Below the pieces are notes generated by a model. The model was not told the DNA's origin, made no database searches, and worked only from the letters and a program-made list of their open reading frames with translations. Positions 37,328-50,529 of a stretch of DNA of 64,000 bases are shown here, piece by piece. Every line of letters starts with the position of its first letter. Position 1 is the stretch's first letter. The DNA is from Zygnema circumcarinatum SAG 698-1b (lineage: Eukaryota > Plantae > Zygnematophyceae), in assembly GCA_037447605.1 (NCBI GenBank), contig CM074804.1:4503909-4567908 (forward strand), read 5' to 3'. A program made the translations under genes and the position numbers.

Positions 37328-40300
37328 TCATTCTCTGAATGTCACTTCAACGGTCCAGACATGCCCTGCTTTGGGCTCCAAGTCGAATTCCAGCCGCCCT
37401 TCCTCAGGATAATAAGTGAAGTCCACTTCTCGGCCATCAAGTTTGCATGCAATGGGATGGGCTGATGCATAGGCTCCAAATTTCCCGCACCCTCTCACAT
37501 TCATCGTAACTGAGGAGGGCCCATATTGAACAGATAGAACTGCACCGCCTGAATTAAACATATCGACGAGACCAATAGGTGCGAAGTCTACGCCTCGACT
37601 GATGGCCTGCAGAACAAAGGGAGTGGTAACATTCGCATGATGATGATCTGAAAAAGTCCGGCATCTATTCCACATCATGGGGTTCTGCCGTCTCGCATGA
37701 GCCTGGTATAGTTTGTCTAAAACGTGTTATGGAGAAAGACCCCTCACTTCTCCCCTCTTCTGAACAGTTCCCTTTCTTGTCTGCTCTCTCCTCTGCCCCT
37801 CTCCCCTGCCTCTCCTTACCGCCTTGCCCGTGTTCCGATTGTGACATACAAAAATGCAGCACAATCCATCGCGTGAAGATAAACATCCAGCAATACAAGC
37901 TGAAAAAGGTTACCCATCATCACTCTCTGACTGGGATTCCATTCAGGCATTAAGCATAAAAGATCCTCAGCCTCTTTGATTATCATTTTGACGGCATTTC
38001 CACAAACTAACCTCGATGGGTGATACAGTGAAGATTTCAAAGCCCAACGGTTGCAGTGTAAAAGGGATAGCCTCCATCTTCGCTATTCTTTTCAAAACAC
38101 CTGAACAGTACCACAACAACATCGTAAACATTCTATCCAACCTTAGAAAAACCATCGGCTGAAACACGTGCTTATTCGCTATCCTATCAGCCTTCCGGCC
38201 ACACTCACTCACGCCTACAAATGACTAAAGTTGGTCTTCGACCTAGAAATTATCTGAGCAATCTGTAATACGCCGAAGTACGTCGTCACACACATTGGCG
38301 GATCAACGGAACTTGCTAAGGCCCACTGAGGTTGAGCACTGACCTCCTTGGTGAGAGTAGATAGCAGCATCTCCATTCCAGTCAGGAGAAGCGAGCGTTG
38401 CCAGGGAATCGACATCCAATGCACGGACAGAACCTGTCACTGCTGCAGGGTTTGTATCATGAATTGAATATTTCCTGTCCGTCATGCACCAGCCAGCACC
38501 CTACAAGCGCCAGACACAAAAGAACCATTTAGAATTACCTCCCGCAATCCGAAAGGCAAGAACTCTTTTCGTGACTTAGTTTAAACCAAGCGAAGCAGAC
38601 TCAAGTGACCATCGTAAGGCAGGTAGCAGAAATACCTGGCAGTTGAAAGCGCCAACAACTCCGATGCACCTATTCACATTCCAGATCTTCAGAACGCTGC
38701 AAAAAGCAAGAGACATATTGATTAAGCAACTTAAACCTTAGTTCAACCTCCACTTGCATCTGCTTGAGGCATAATGTGCAATATTGCATCAAACATCCCC
38801 TTCGGATGGAATTGTGAACTCGTACCAAACACTTAACAGCAAAAAAAAAATCGTGCATTAAAGGTTTGACATGGCAATCTCGGGTCTCCCACAAAAACAC
38901 AGCTATTTGTTGCAAACTCTTCTTGTTAGCTCCTGTCAACTTTATCTCACATACATTAATCTTTCTGCCTCTCAAAAAGGTCAGTATCGCCAGGTAAATC
39001 AAATTGCACACAGTTGAATCCTCAGAATAGACTAAAAAATAGTAACACAAAAAAATACCTTTGCTTGTCCCGTGCCGGGTCAACAAACAAAGAGTCTCGA
39101 GTGGGGCGTCCAGGAAGTGAAGCACGCAACACGGTTCCGTCCGGAAAGACGAGTTTCCTCAACAAATCATGATCATGTTCTCCTGGCTTGTCACTGCATA
39201 AATTGCATACATTAAGTGTCAACGTGAGTTCGCCAAACGCCAGCTGCTACCAAATACAACAAGTGATCATGCAGGATGGCCATGGAATGTCTGCGCTCAC
39301 AGGTCTTAACTGTCCAGAATTGATACTTCCACGAATCAAAATCACAATAAAATAATCCTCCGGACAGAGATTTTTTCTCACCTTACATAAACGGCACATC
39401 CTCCTACAGCGCGTGCAGCCCCGTGAAATCCAGCAGCAACGTGGAGACTCTGTATAATCACAAACTCATGAATCAGAAACCACGAAAGGATCTCTTGAGG
39501 CTTGTGAAATAGTCAAGGTAACTGCAGATAGAGAGCTCCAAGGACTAGCCAAGGCATGTCTTAAGTCTTTCCACCTAGAAGCAGTAACCACCGCAATAGT
39601 GGCAAGAACCTTTCCACATGGCTAACAAATTAAAAAAGCAGCTCTACCTCAATGTATCAACTTTTTGACCCAAAAATGTCGAGCAGACAATATCCTCCAT
39701 TCCATCTACTAAATTTGACAAACTAAATGGTCGATATTCTACCATAGTGTTTTTATAATAGCTCACAATGATATTGTTTTCACTTGAGAAAACTTCACTT
39801 AGTCTTGAACTGATCTGCAATAAACCTGCTGTGACAGATCAAACACAGTAAAGGACCTTCATTGCTGGTAAAAAAGCCAGCTTACATGGAACATGTCCCA
39901 GTCCGGTTGCATAAACTCCCCTAGAAAGAGACTATTGTACGCAACCTGCACAAATCAAAGGGAAATAATAGAACGGGCAGCACGTGAGGCCTGGCATTCA
40001 AACACGACGCATATTTATGCTAACAAGACATTGAGCCTCACGCAATTTTTCACAAGACCAACTGTGACTGGTTAACTCGGACAGATTTCGCCTCAGTAAA
40101 ACCAGACTGATAAGAATTCCAGCCTGCTGCAGCAAAATTTATGCCTGTCAATGCCATCACATACTGAGGCTATATGAGTGGCGTGGGACGCAGGATCACG
40201 AGGCCAGAAATCATCCGATGCTCGCATAACGTTTGTTTGTTTTGCTCTGCAGTACAACCCAACAGCAAGCGGCACTCCCTTGAAATGCTCAGTATCCTTC

Positions 40301-43300
40301 CAAGAAACCATCCATCATAAAGCTGGACACGGAGTCCACACAAGCCTTCTGACTGAAAAAAATAGGAACACTGGTAAGGACTGGGAAAAGAGAGAAGATA
40401 AAGTTTTCTGATTCCGATATCTCGGTATACCACCGGATCAGCATCATCAGGGCCCACTAGAACCAGCCTGATAAAGTAAACTATAGACCAGATGGTATCC
40501 ATACGCATGGATGCCCCAGTATGCAGCTTAGTTACTTTTGCAAAGAAGGTACAGAAAATCTCACGAATAAAGACCGTCTGTGTGATGACTCATGCAGGCG
40601 ATGATTCCATTGTCCGGAAAGTTCTTAGCAATTGAGGCCTCCAAGGCCTCATGAAAGGCTTTCGCCAATTTGACACGGCCTCCATAGCCAGCACCAAGAG
40701 TCTCTAAGATAGCCTGCACGTCGACCTTCACGCCGTCCACACCTTGCTCTGCCAAATAGTTGTGCAGCTGATTGTAGAACTCAAATATCTTAGTGGGGTG
40801 AACGACTCCAAGGCCATTAACTGTGAGGGCATCTGATGCCATGTCCGGCATTTGTTCTAGTACATCTTCAGTGTATGTTGGGTACACCAACGCCGGCCCA
40901 TACTGCTCCATACTGCCCTTACCCGTTCGTACGCCTCCCCAATAGCCCATGAGTGCATGCCATACGTAAACATATCTGCAACGTCAACCACACCGGACAA
41001 GACATACTTCAATAAAAGGTTGGGTCCTTTGCAGCTTTCAGTCTAAGTGAACAGAGGTTTAGCTTTTGCTGGTCAGAACCCACAGCACAAGCTGCAAATC
41101 TCTTACTTCAGATCGTGGTCCTTCTTCATCGCCCCAACAACGTCACCGAAGTCAACAATGCTCTCCCCGTGTATATCCCCAACCCGCTGCTGGAATTTGC
41201 GATTCTCTTTAATATCCGTTAGTCGATGCTTGAACCTGTACAAGCCGGCACAATTCCACCAAAATTAAAAATGGACTCACTTCCAAAAGAGAGAAAGATG
41301 CAGCTAAAGACTCATTTCAAGGACACGAGTACAGAAAAAATGCCGAAAAGGTACCGATGAGTGAAAACTTACTGACTCTCTGGCTCTCCTGTTTCTGATG
41401 CCGAGTCCGCACCAACCGATTGCCAGCCATCATCAATAATAAGAAACTTGGCTGGGGTGCCTCCTTCAGCCAGCCTGCAGGAGGAGCGGCTAGGTGTTCA
41501 AAAATCTCATTTTCAGCATTAGCCCAACATCGGATTGTCTAGCCACCATAACCAACCCCCTCTCGTTCTTCTCTTGATTTCCCAACTATAATATCACTGC
41601 TTCAATGCACAAAAGCTTTCCCTATGTCCAGAGGGCAGGGTCTAAGAAAATCAAACGTCGCTGCTCCCTTCTCCTCTGATCTCGCTCGACTCTCACTCCC
41701 AACTCTCCTCCCTTCCCACTTTCTTCACCCATTTCCTCTCCTTCTCTCCTGCTGGCACAGCCGTATGCAGAGAGCTGCTTTGCATTCAGAACATGTACCT
41801 TGCAAGGCCTTCGTGAACTCCATCCACGCTTACGTCCGTGTAGAAGGCATCCCATGTACACCAACCAAAATAGTCCAGCATGCCGGGAAGCTGCAAAGAG
41901 AACCGCCACACACCATATGAAACGCACTACAGGTATTCGTATAGACAAAGACCAATACTTAGGTGCAGTCGAAAGGAGTGCAGCCTGCAGGGCTCACGTG
42001 GGAAAAATAAAGACGATAAGATAATAACGATTATCCAACAACATCCAGACAGAATAGGCCAACCGCAACATGGTGAAAGCTTCATGGATACAAAACAGAG
42101 TATGTTTTACACCAATTACTCGCACTTACCTGCTTCATTTCTCGTCGCAAAAAGGACTTGGAATGGTCTTCCACGGCCCTGCATGTGCAAACACTCCCAA
42201 TGAAACTCTTGAAACAGACAACTACAAAAAAAAAATGCCTACAGTTTCACTGTAGGCATTTCACATTCCAACAAACCCACTTACTTTCTTTTCCGCTATA
42301 AGTACTCGACAGGTGACTGCAGTAGAGTAGGAAAATTAGTGCAGCTCAGCTGTAGGTCATACCGGACCGCCTCTGATGTCACTTTGTATGGATTTGTTCC
42401 TGCATGGACATAGACCGCATGAAGAACCTCGCTCGTAACCACGGCAAGGTCACCTGCCACTCCACCCACGTACATCCAGCACTAATTTAAAGAATAAAAG
42501 ATGAAAAGTAAGGAGAGGGATACTCCGCCACAACATAACAGCAGCTTGCACCTACGTTGATTTAACCAATGATCAAGCAGGAAAATCACCGCTTTCAGCG
42601 CATAGAACCACTTGATCCTTCTCGTTTCCTTGAAGAGATGCGCGGAAGGAACCATCTAATAAAGGAAGCATTACGATATACGTCACTTCTGCATCCCCCT
42701 CTGAGGTTTCATTTCGGCTCTCCAAGAGAAGGAATTGTGTCTCAACAGGAATTTCTCCCCCTCTACTTCCTACTCGCTGCGTCATCCACCAAAGCTTGAA
42801 GCGGAAGCATGAGAGAAAACGATGACCCCTGCAAAAACAAGAAAAACTTTGAACGCTCAACCTTATTGCTAATTTAGCTCAGCCACACTGTCCCAACACA
42901 ACTGCATAAGTAAGTTGCAGGCAGAATGGCGAGTGCCGCGTACAGGCAGCATCCCTCATGGCTTAGGGCTGAATCCGACAAGATCGCTGAGGAAGAGAGA
43001 GAAGGAACAAGCAACGATACAGCCAGAAAGTATATAAAAACACTCATAACTCCACAACAATCTATCCTAATCATGCACCGCTGATGCTAATCAGGATGTA
43101 AAATTATTGAACACAAAGTGGATAATCCAATAAAAAAAAAAAAAAAAAAATCTAAACAAACAAAGTGCGGGGAGGCCAGCGAATATCATTTGAGATCGTC
43201 AGATTTCCTAATGAGATGCTTACCTCATACAGCCCAAGGGTAGAGAATGTCTGCTGAGAGATTCTTGCAGCCTGGCTCCAAGAAAGACACCTTTTCTGCT

Positions 43301-43909
43301 TTCCGGACCAGTATCCTGAGTTAGAACAACGCTTGTCGGGACATCCGTAAACAAAGTGGTCCTGCCTACAGACAGTGATCCGTCGGAAATCCTGATAAAC
43401 TCTGTGTCCAACATGGCTTCCTCAGCAGTTGTTCCAATCTCCACAACTGCAGAAGACACTGCAAACAATCCGGGGCCTCCAAGACGGTTCCTCAAGGCAG
43501 GACAACCGTCAGGATGACGCCTATTAATAAAGAAATCCTGAGAGACTCTTGCTCTATTAAAGCAGGACGTCTGCCGGGAGGAAGAAGAACGTCTTCTCCC
43601 TTCAACGCAAGAGCAGCAAGAGAAAGAGGCAGGCCTCCTTGAGCAGAGATCCTGCAGGTGCCTGGAAGATGAGCCCGAGACTGAATTGTATGGATATTGA
43701 ATCCCCGAAGGAACACTCAACCCGATAAAAAATGAATGTTTCTGCAAATTGGAAACGCCTTGCCTCCCTGACACGCGCTTGCGAGCTAGCTGGCCTTTAT
43801 TTTGCTGGAGAGACGCCCAAGCTGCTCTGTGATGGCCGTCTTTCTTAAACAGGGCGGCTGAGACACGTGGAAACTGGAGGGGATTGGTAGCGTTGCAGCA
43901 GGCTGCCAT
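37328..43909 (-). CDS. GH36 seed-imbibition protein / alkaline alpha-galactosidase (raffinose-synthase family, SIP-type) with a long N-terminal extension
   Basis: Exons read: ISDGSLSV; [13 protein letters not shown]...ETQFLLLE; [15 protein letters not shown]; [10 protein letters not shown]; [10 protein letters not shown]; [15 protein letters not shown]; [10 protein letters not shown]; [14 protein letters not shown]; [14 protein letters not shown]; SDKPGEHD...[11 protein letters not shown]; [15 protein letters not shown]...RGCGKFGAY. Confidence 0.93.
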
Positions 43910-44502
43910 CCACCAGGGCGAGGCCGGTCCGGTTCGCGTCCACCCGCGGGGCAGCGCCTACAACTGCCCGTCCGTCCGTCCGTTCGTGCGGCCGGCAACC
44001 TCGAAAAGCGCAAAGCGGGAAAAAAGTCGGCAGGTTCGGATCCACCGCGCGGGCGGTACGGTCGATGCGCGTTCATCACCGTTAAAAAGGTAACACTGTG
44101 CGGATCTTGCCACGTGTCAGGATAACAGTACGTGCCAATGGTTCAAAGGTGGATGTGTCCGCGTGGACCTGCGAACAGGCTCCCCGAGATCCAGCGCGAT
44201 CCACGTCAAAAAGAATCTTTCGGGCGGATTCTGCGAGGCGGCCACGCGGCGCGGGGCGGGGCGGGGGCAGAGATATTTCGGGGCGGCGTGGCGCGCGGGA
44301 CGGCAGAATGTCGGCGGGAGGCTGGCTAGCCGCGCGGCGAGGGGGACTGCAGTTTGGGAGCGGCAGGAATTGTCGCGACGCGCTGTGCTGCGGGCGGGCC
44401 GGGCGGTGCGCAGGTCGGACTGTCGGGGGGCGGGGTAGGGCAAACCAGTTCACTGGTTTTCGATTCGTGATTTTGTTGAACGTCGTTAAGTCTGACATGT
44501 CC

Positions 44503-44630
44503 TATTGGATCAACCATGGTTAAGGATCAGCCAATGCCAATGGTTGACACCGTTGGATTAAATGGTTGCTAACCATCGCCGTGGTTGCCAACCATTGGCA
44601 AATAACCCAGCCAACCATTTAGGATGGCGG
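44503..44630. repeat. Cluster of CCAATGGTT/AACCATTGG motifs
   Basis: About 6 variants (caaccatggtt, ccaatggttg, aaatggttg, ccaaccattggc, ccaaccattt). Confidence 0.55.
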
Positions 44631-44907
44631 TCACGGGGGAAGGAAACGCATGTCCGCGGTCCTGGTGGCGGTAGCAAGGTTGAGCTCAAGAGCTAAGGAA
44701 TGGCAAGCCATCTGCCAGCAACGGTGGGCACATAGGTGGTGCGCGGACCAGAGCCATCCATGCATGCCGAGGAGGACAAATCCTCCCTTGGAAAGGTTGG
44801 GACTGTCCGATGATCTGGAAGGACCTTCTTACCGACTAGGCATGGCCTTCTAATACGATCGTGGTCTATTTGGTGCTTTGAGAGGTTGTATCACTTTTCT
44901 TGATTCG

Positions 44908-44973
44908 TTTGGTTCCCCGTGTTGATTTTATCCATGAACATTTGACGGCCTCGCCATCGTGAGATCAATGCCA
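44908..44973 (+). mobile_element. 3'-end fragment of the CRE-like family (left member of a tail-to-tail pair)
   Basis: ggttcccc...tccatgaacatttgacggcctcgccatcgtgagatcaatgcca is the reverse complement of the family consensus. Confidence 0.75.
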
Positions 44974-45020
44974 TTTCTCTTCCCATTTCCTTTTCTTTCG
45001 TGAATCAAAACAGAGAGGGA

Positions 45021-45113
45021 ATGGCATCGATATCACGACGGCGATGCCATCAAATGTACACGGACAAAGTCAACATGGGGAACCACGAGGAGCCGGTCAC
45101 GAAAGACCTAAGG
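45021..45113 (-). mobile_element. 3'-end fragment of the CRE-like family (right member of the pair)
   Basis: atggcatcgatatcacgacggcgatgccatcaaatgtacacgg...ggaaccacgaggagccggtcacg. Confidence 0.75.
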
Positions 45114-46010
45114 ATGTTACTATTGTCATGATCTCCGTTAAATCCATGTTGTGCGAAACCTTTTAATCCTTAGTTTTTATTTTTTCAACCTAAACATTGA
45201 AAAAGAATGCTCCATCTGAAACCCTCTGCACTCCAGTAGAGCTGGGACTGTGCCAGCCAGCAGTCGGCGGTCGCCCCCCGGCTATGCTCCCACCGCGGCT
45301 GGAGGCTGGCCGTGACGCGACTTGGACTGTGTCGCGTGCACTGGGCGCTGTTCGCGTTCTTGTGCCGGCAGTTGCGCGTGGCAGTCACAACATAGTCGAG
45401 CGGGAGATTAATCTTCAGTATTACAAAAGGTCATTTATAAAGATTGAATACTTTTAAGCATCAAAACCGTACTTTCGTCAGAGTACTCGTTTTGATATCG
45501 CATTGCCAAGAGTAATTTTCTCCTTCACTATTAGCACGAGAGTAGTACTGGTGATCTTTGAAGTCTGACACGCCCTTCCCTCCCTTCAGCGCGGCCATGG
45601 GCGACGCGCGACACACACACACAGAGACAGACAGACGGAGCAGTTCGCAGTTCGTTCTCTCTCGTTCGTCGTCTCGCTGGTTGAAGCCGTCCATAGATCT
45701 CCGGAGCGCTGTCTGTCAGATCTTGGGGAGAGACGCCGTTTCTTCACCTGCGTATCTCCCTCCTGCCTTCACGCCTCTCGCTTTCGCAACGACACAGGCA
45801 CGGCAGGGAGGGCTGCAAGGAGCACCTGCAGGAAACTCCTGCATCCTTGATTTAGTGTTTATCACTGCGTATTCCGCGGGAGGAGCTGCTAAAGCTACGG
45901 CATGACTGTTTTCGGGTTGCATTGTCGCCTCCCTTCAAGATGTTCGACTAATTGATCCAGCAGTTGGCTGCATCGCGAATCCTGGCCATGTTCGAGACCC
46001 TACTTTCACC

Positions 46011-48444
46011 ATGTTTGGCGAATATGTGTCATACATATTCAACTACTTTTGCTTCGTCTTTGTCGTCATCATACCTGCCATCATCATCACGCCCTTCATC
46101 TTCTGGAAAGATTTGATTTACCTTTTCGTCCGGAGAGGTCGCCCTGACGATCCCGACAGAGACCCCTCCGAAGTTTCCGACTCGTCTGTTCCTGCTCCTG
46201 CTGACTCCGACATGAAAACTACCCTAAAGACTGCACGCTCCATTGTTGCTGCCGCCACGTCAGCAGGGACCAGGAAAGAGTTTGCAGGAGCTCCTAAGTT
46301 GACTTCCTGGGTAGATGCAGCAGCAAACCCCAACCATCTTGGAGGGATTCCGCGGCGCATCGTGTTATCGAGTGTCGGCACATTCGCCTGCATCGTGACC
46401 AGTGCCCTGAACAAGGTCAAAGTTTATAACATGGATCGCCTCAAGGATCTTATTCATCACCGGCCTGCAAACACTCCTCTCATCACTGTCAGCAATCACA
46501 TGTCGACGTGAGTTTATTGTCGAGTTGATACGACTTTTGTGCTCGTCTCGACGTTGTTTTTTCTATCTGTGTGGATGAATTCGCGCTTTTCTGACTGAGA
46601 CACGCTTATTTTCAACCAAAGGTTTTGAGAGTTTGAAAGGTTGATCGGAAATCGAGTCACGTGATGTGTGGGCTTTGAAGTCAAGGCTTATACTCGTCTC
46701 CATTTTGTCCATTGGCTAAAACAGGTCTTGTCCCACTTTTGTATTGGAGACTTCGATGTGACAGTCGTTTGTGTGTTGCTGTTTATGACCTTTTTGGCGA
46801 AAATCTAAATAGTCTCGTTCAATTTTGTCTTCATTTATAGGCTGGATGATCCTCTTCAATGGGGAATTTGGACTTTGGAGGCATCTGACGCTCGTATTTG
46901 TCGGTGGACTCTGACCGCGAAGGATATCTGCTTCACCAATCCGTACGTCTCATACTTCTTTCGACTAGGTGAGAACTATCTCTTTATTTTTAGTCTCATG
47001 GAAGGAGTCTTCTCATTTGTTTGTGACCCGAATAAGCACAATGAAATACAGTTGACTACTTTTGCATCTCTAGCACTCAGTACTGCTTGTATGCCCAATT
47101 GACCTCGGGGAGATAGAATTTCGGCTTACTTCTGTTTGGAAAAGACTTATGCTTGCGGTCTGCGTCTGGTTATCCAATGTAGCTTACTTGCGTGCTGCTT
47201 TTTTGCTGGCAGGAAAATGCATTCCTATCGACAGATGGGGCAGCGTACATCAAGACTGCATGTTTGAAGCTATCGACCTTATCAACAAAGGAGAATGGGT
47301 GAGTTTGCTTTTAATCATGCTCGCTTTTTCTGAGCAGCAAACGTCCTATCGTTTAAATACTTGCATGTCCTTGGCTCTTCATTATTCTGGGAATGGGATC
47401 AATCGGCAGACTCTTGCTTTTATGCATCTGCTCCTTTGTTGCTTAAGTGGGATTAAGTATTTGAGCCATATGTCGCTTAAAGCGCCTTCGTGTGAAGGGC
47501 AAGAATTTGAGAATGGTTTCGATTAGTCATTATGTACAGTTGCTCATTATGGAGAGACAAGTGCTGTCTATTTCTCACCCGTTAATGGAACCTGTAAGAT
47601 ATTTATGGGCGATAGAGACTAGCCTTGTATCCACAGCAGTGTCGGTGCCAGTTTCGGTTTCAGTCGTTAGACTCTAATGATTCCATGTCATCCTGTTCAT
47701 CCTCTGAATGCAGCTGCATACGTTCCCAGAGGGAACAATCACGCAGGACCATCTTCCCATTAAAAGGTTGAAATGGGGGGTCGCCTCTGTTATCGCCAGA
47801 TGCAGCAATCCCCCAATTGTGCTCTGCATCGGCCTTAGCGGATTTGAAAAGGTCAGTCCGCGCCTTTCTTCAGAAGCTGGCAAGGTTGCTTTAGATGAAA
47901 GATTGAGGCCTACTGAGCCCAAGTCCGGCTTCATACAAGATTAGAGCTTAGGACTGAATAGAGACTAGTTCTTCAACACTTAAAAGTAGTTTGACTGCTT
48001 CATTCCTCAATTTCGTGAACCATGAAGTAATTGAAAACTCTGCCTTTGAGCATGTTCCGATTGCAGGTGATGCCAGAAAAGCACTTATTCGGAAAGCGAG
48101 CTGCTGCGCCTCTGTGGGGAAAAAATATTAGCATTGTTGTGGGCGAGCCTATCCAATTTGACATCCCTGCCCTTCGCCTGGAAGCAGAGGAGGCTGTCAG
48201 GACTGGGGACAAAGAGTTTGGAAAAGACGCCCTGCAGCCGCTGGAAGAGGAAGCCACAGATGGGACAGAGGTGAATGCTCTCGTGGCTAAGGCAGCGATC
48301 CCTCTGAAGGAGAAGGAGGAGAAGATTGCCGGAGTGGGAGATGAAGTTACCAGGAGGTTGTATTCTGAGATTTCTGCCAGGATGAGGACTAATCTCGAAG
48401 CCCTTGTGTTTAAAGCTCACGGATATAGCGAGGAGCGAAGGTGA
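46011..48444 (+). CDS. Tafazzin-family lysophospholipid acyltransferase (At1g78690-like) with a hydrophobic N-terminal extension
   Basis: Exons ~46011-46508, 46841-46968, 47212-47298, 47711-47851 and 48068-48444 read NHLGGIPRR...PLITVSNHMST/LDDP (HxxxxD), RWTLTAKDICFTN, GKCIPIDR, LHTFPEG, RLKWGVASVI, VMPEKHLFGKR...IVVGEPI. Confidence 0.92.
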
Positions 48445-49666
48445 TCATGAGGAATTCGGCCTTCAAGCCGAGGGATTTTTTGTAATGTTCTCGCCTTTAT
48501 ACACATTTCTTCTGGAATTGATTGATCGGAGCGTGGCGGTTCAATAAGAGCGCTGTGGCGCGGCCGGGCGAGGCACCCTTGCAATTTGAAAGCTTCTTGG
48601 TCAGATTTTTAGGATTGATCTGTAAGTTAAGAGGCGTTAGGGTTAAGGTATGAGTGAAGCAAACTTGTTTGTTTTTTGCTAGTCCTAGGCTTTGACTGGT
48701 ACATGAACCCGCTGACCCGTGGTGGGTGGAGCATAATTGAAAGTTATTGGAGGCGTGCGACCTGTCCCATGCTCTCAAGTCATGTCGAGCCACATGTTCA
48801 CATTCCCTTTGTGTCTCAGCTCTTTGTGGAGGACAACTTTATGTGATGAGGCCCATTGATTGCATTGGTGTTGAAAGGCATCACTGTGCATATATGCGTC
48901 AAATGTGTTCGACTGGAAGTTGCTTCCCCCGCATACTAATGCATTCATACTAATGCCTTCAGTTGTAGGCGCGTGTGAGCTCACTATGTGTCAGAAAAAT
49001 GCAAGAGATTGCACATGCGAGCTGCTAAAGACAAAAAATGTAAATAGTGAGAAATCAAATAAAACAAGAATGCTTTAGAGAACACACGCACAGAGGGAAT
49101 GCTCCGCACTTGTCTCAGCCATCACTCCTTCGGACAATCTTGTCCGGATTGGAGCAACGCACCATCTCGAAGCTCGACTTACATCCCTCGAAATTTGAAG
49201 AGAGAGGTCTAAATTTGGAATCACTTCTTGACACTCTGGACCCCCCAAGTAAGAAATGACTCTTGGACTAGAGAAATACCAGACACTCACATAGGCACAT
49301 TCATAGCCCCTCCCTCCCTCTTTTGACAAGACCTTTGGCTTCAGTTCACTTTAGCTTCTATTTCTTCCATATCATACAGTCCGCCGGAGCCAATTCCCGG
49401 TACGGCATTGAGTTCGATCTGCCAGTGGGATGAATCCTTGTGATTTATGTTGCCACCGTGCAGTATCTAGAGGCCGCCAGCGATATTTCAAGGAAAATTC
49501 TATTCTCACACCCTTTTTGTCTACACTAGGGATGGATTAATTACGACTATATAATAGGGGGCGACTATTTACAGTGTACGTTTTCTGAATGTAGTGTACG
49601 TTTTCGGGTGGCAGCAAAAAAATCCTTTTTTTGGCTGCCCGGCGCTGTTTCATACTTTTCAGAATA

Positions 49667-50146
49667 GATACAGACCTTTTTTCGTCGGATGTACGGATAG
49701 TGATTTGAAATGTACGAAGCGCGCGCGTCTACAAGGTATAAGGGCGCAACACGTGGAGCGACATGATTGGTCGCGGCAACATATGACGTGACAAGTATGT
49801 TTGGGACCGTGACGTGACGAAACGAGACGCGACAAAAGTGGAGTCCGCGGACGGCAGTCGGAAATGGCGGGAAAAAAACTGACAGATTTTTCCTGAAACA
49901 CGCTACGTTATGTGCCCTATCTTTTTCTGTCAGTTTTAATCCCCGCCATTTCCGACTGCCGTCCGCGGACTCCACTTTTGTCGCGTCTCGTTTCGTCACG
50001 TCACGGTCCCAAACATACTTGTCACGTCATATGTTGCCGCGACCAATCATGTCACTCCACGTGTTGCGCCCTTATACCTTGTAGACGCGCGCGCTTCGTA
50101 CATTTCAAATCACTATCCGTACATCCGACGAAAAAAGGTCTGTATC
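49667..50146. mobile_element. 480-bp hairpin MITE with ~220-bp near-perfect TIRs (GATACAGACCTTTTTTCG...), TA-flanked
   Basis: I see one mismatch over the outer ~200 bp of the arms, and a ~35-40-bp spacer. Confidence 0.85.
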
Positions 50147-50151
50147 TATTA

Positions 50152-50428
50152 GGGGGAGTCAGACCTTGACCATCGCCCGCGGAATTGAAAGATTCCGCCG
50201 GCGGAAAGGTATTGATTTCGATTGCAGAATTCGGGTCGAAAACCGCGGCTCCCCCCGAACCTGTCTGTCCCGTCCGTACTTCGAAATAGGTTACAAAAAT
50301 GAGATACAGGCTCGGCGCCCGAGCCTGTCGAACGTCCACTTTTGGCGAAAAAGGCCTGCCGTACAACGCGGAATTGGCCCAACGGCCTCTCGGAATTGGT
50401 TTGGCGCTGGTCAAGGTCTGACTCCCCC
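50152..50428. mobile_element. MITE with 21-bp TIR GGGGGAGTCAGACCTTGACCA, TA-flanked (copy a)
   Basis: TA-GGGGGAGTCAGACCTTGACCA...TGGTCAAGGTCTGACTCCCCC-TA. Confidence 0.8.
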
Positions 50429-50529
50429 TATTCTGAAAAGTATGAAACAGCGCCGGGCAGCCAAAAAAAGGATTTTTTTGCTGCCCCCCGAAAACGTACA
50501 CTACATTCAGAAAACGTACACTGTAAATA

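Larger units (their letters stand above)
49572..50523. mobile_element. Tc1/mariner-like MITE (TA-CAGTGTACG...CGTACACTG-TA), ~95-bp arms, itself carrying two inserts
   Basis: The arms 49572-49666 and 50429-50523 are near-perfect reverse complements, with CAGTG termini flanked by TA. Confidence 0.7.

Noticed and set aside
49375-49430. B-box-like GAGTTCGATC next to the transposon nest (tRNA/SINE head?)
   Set aside because: I could not build an A-box or a cloverleaf.
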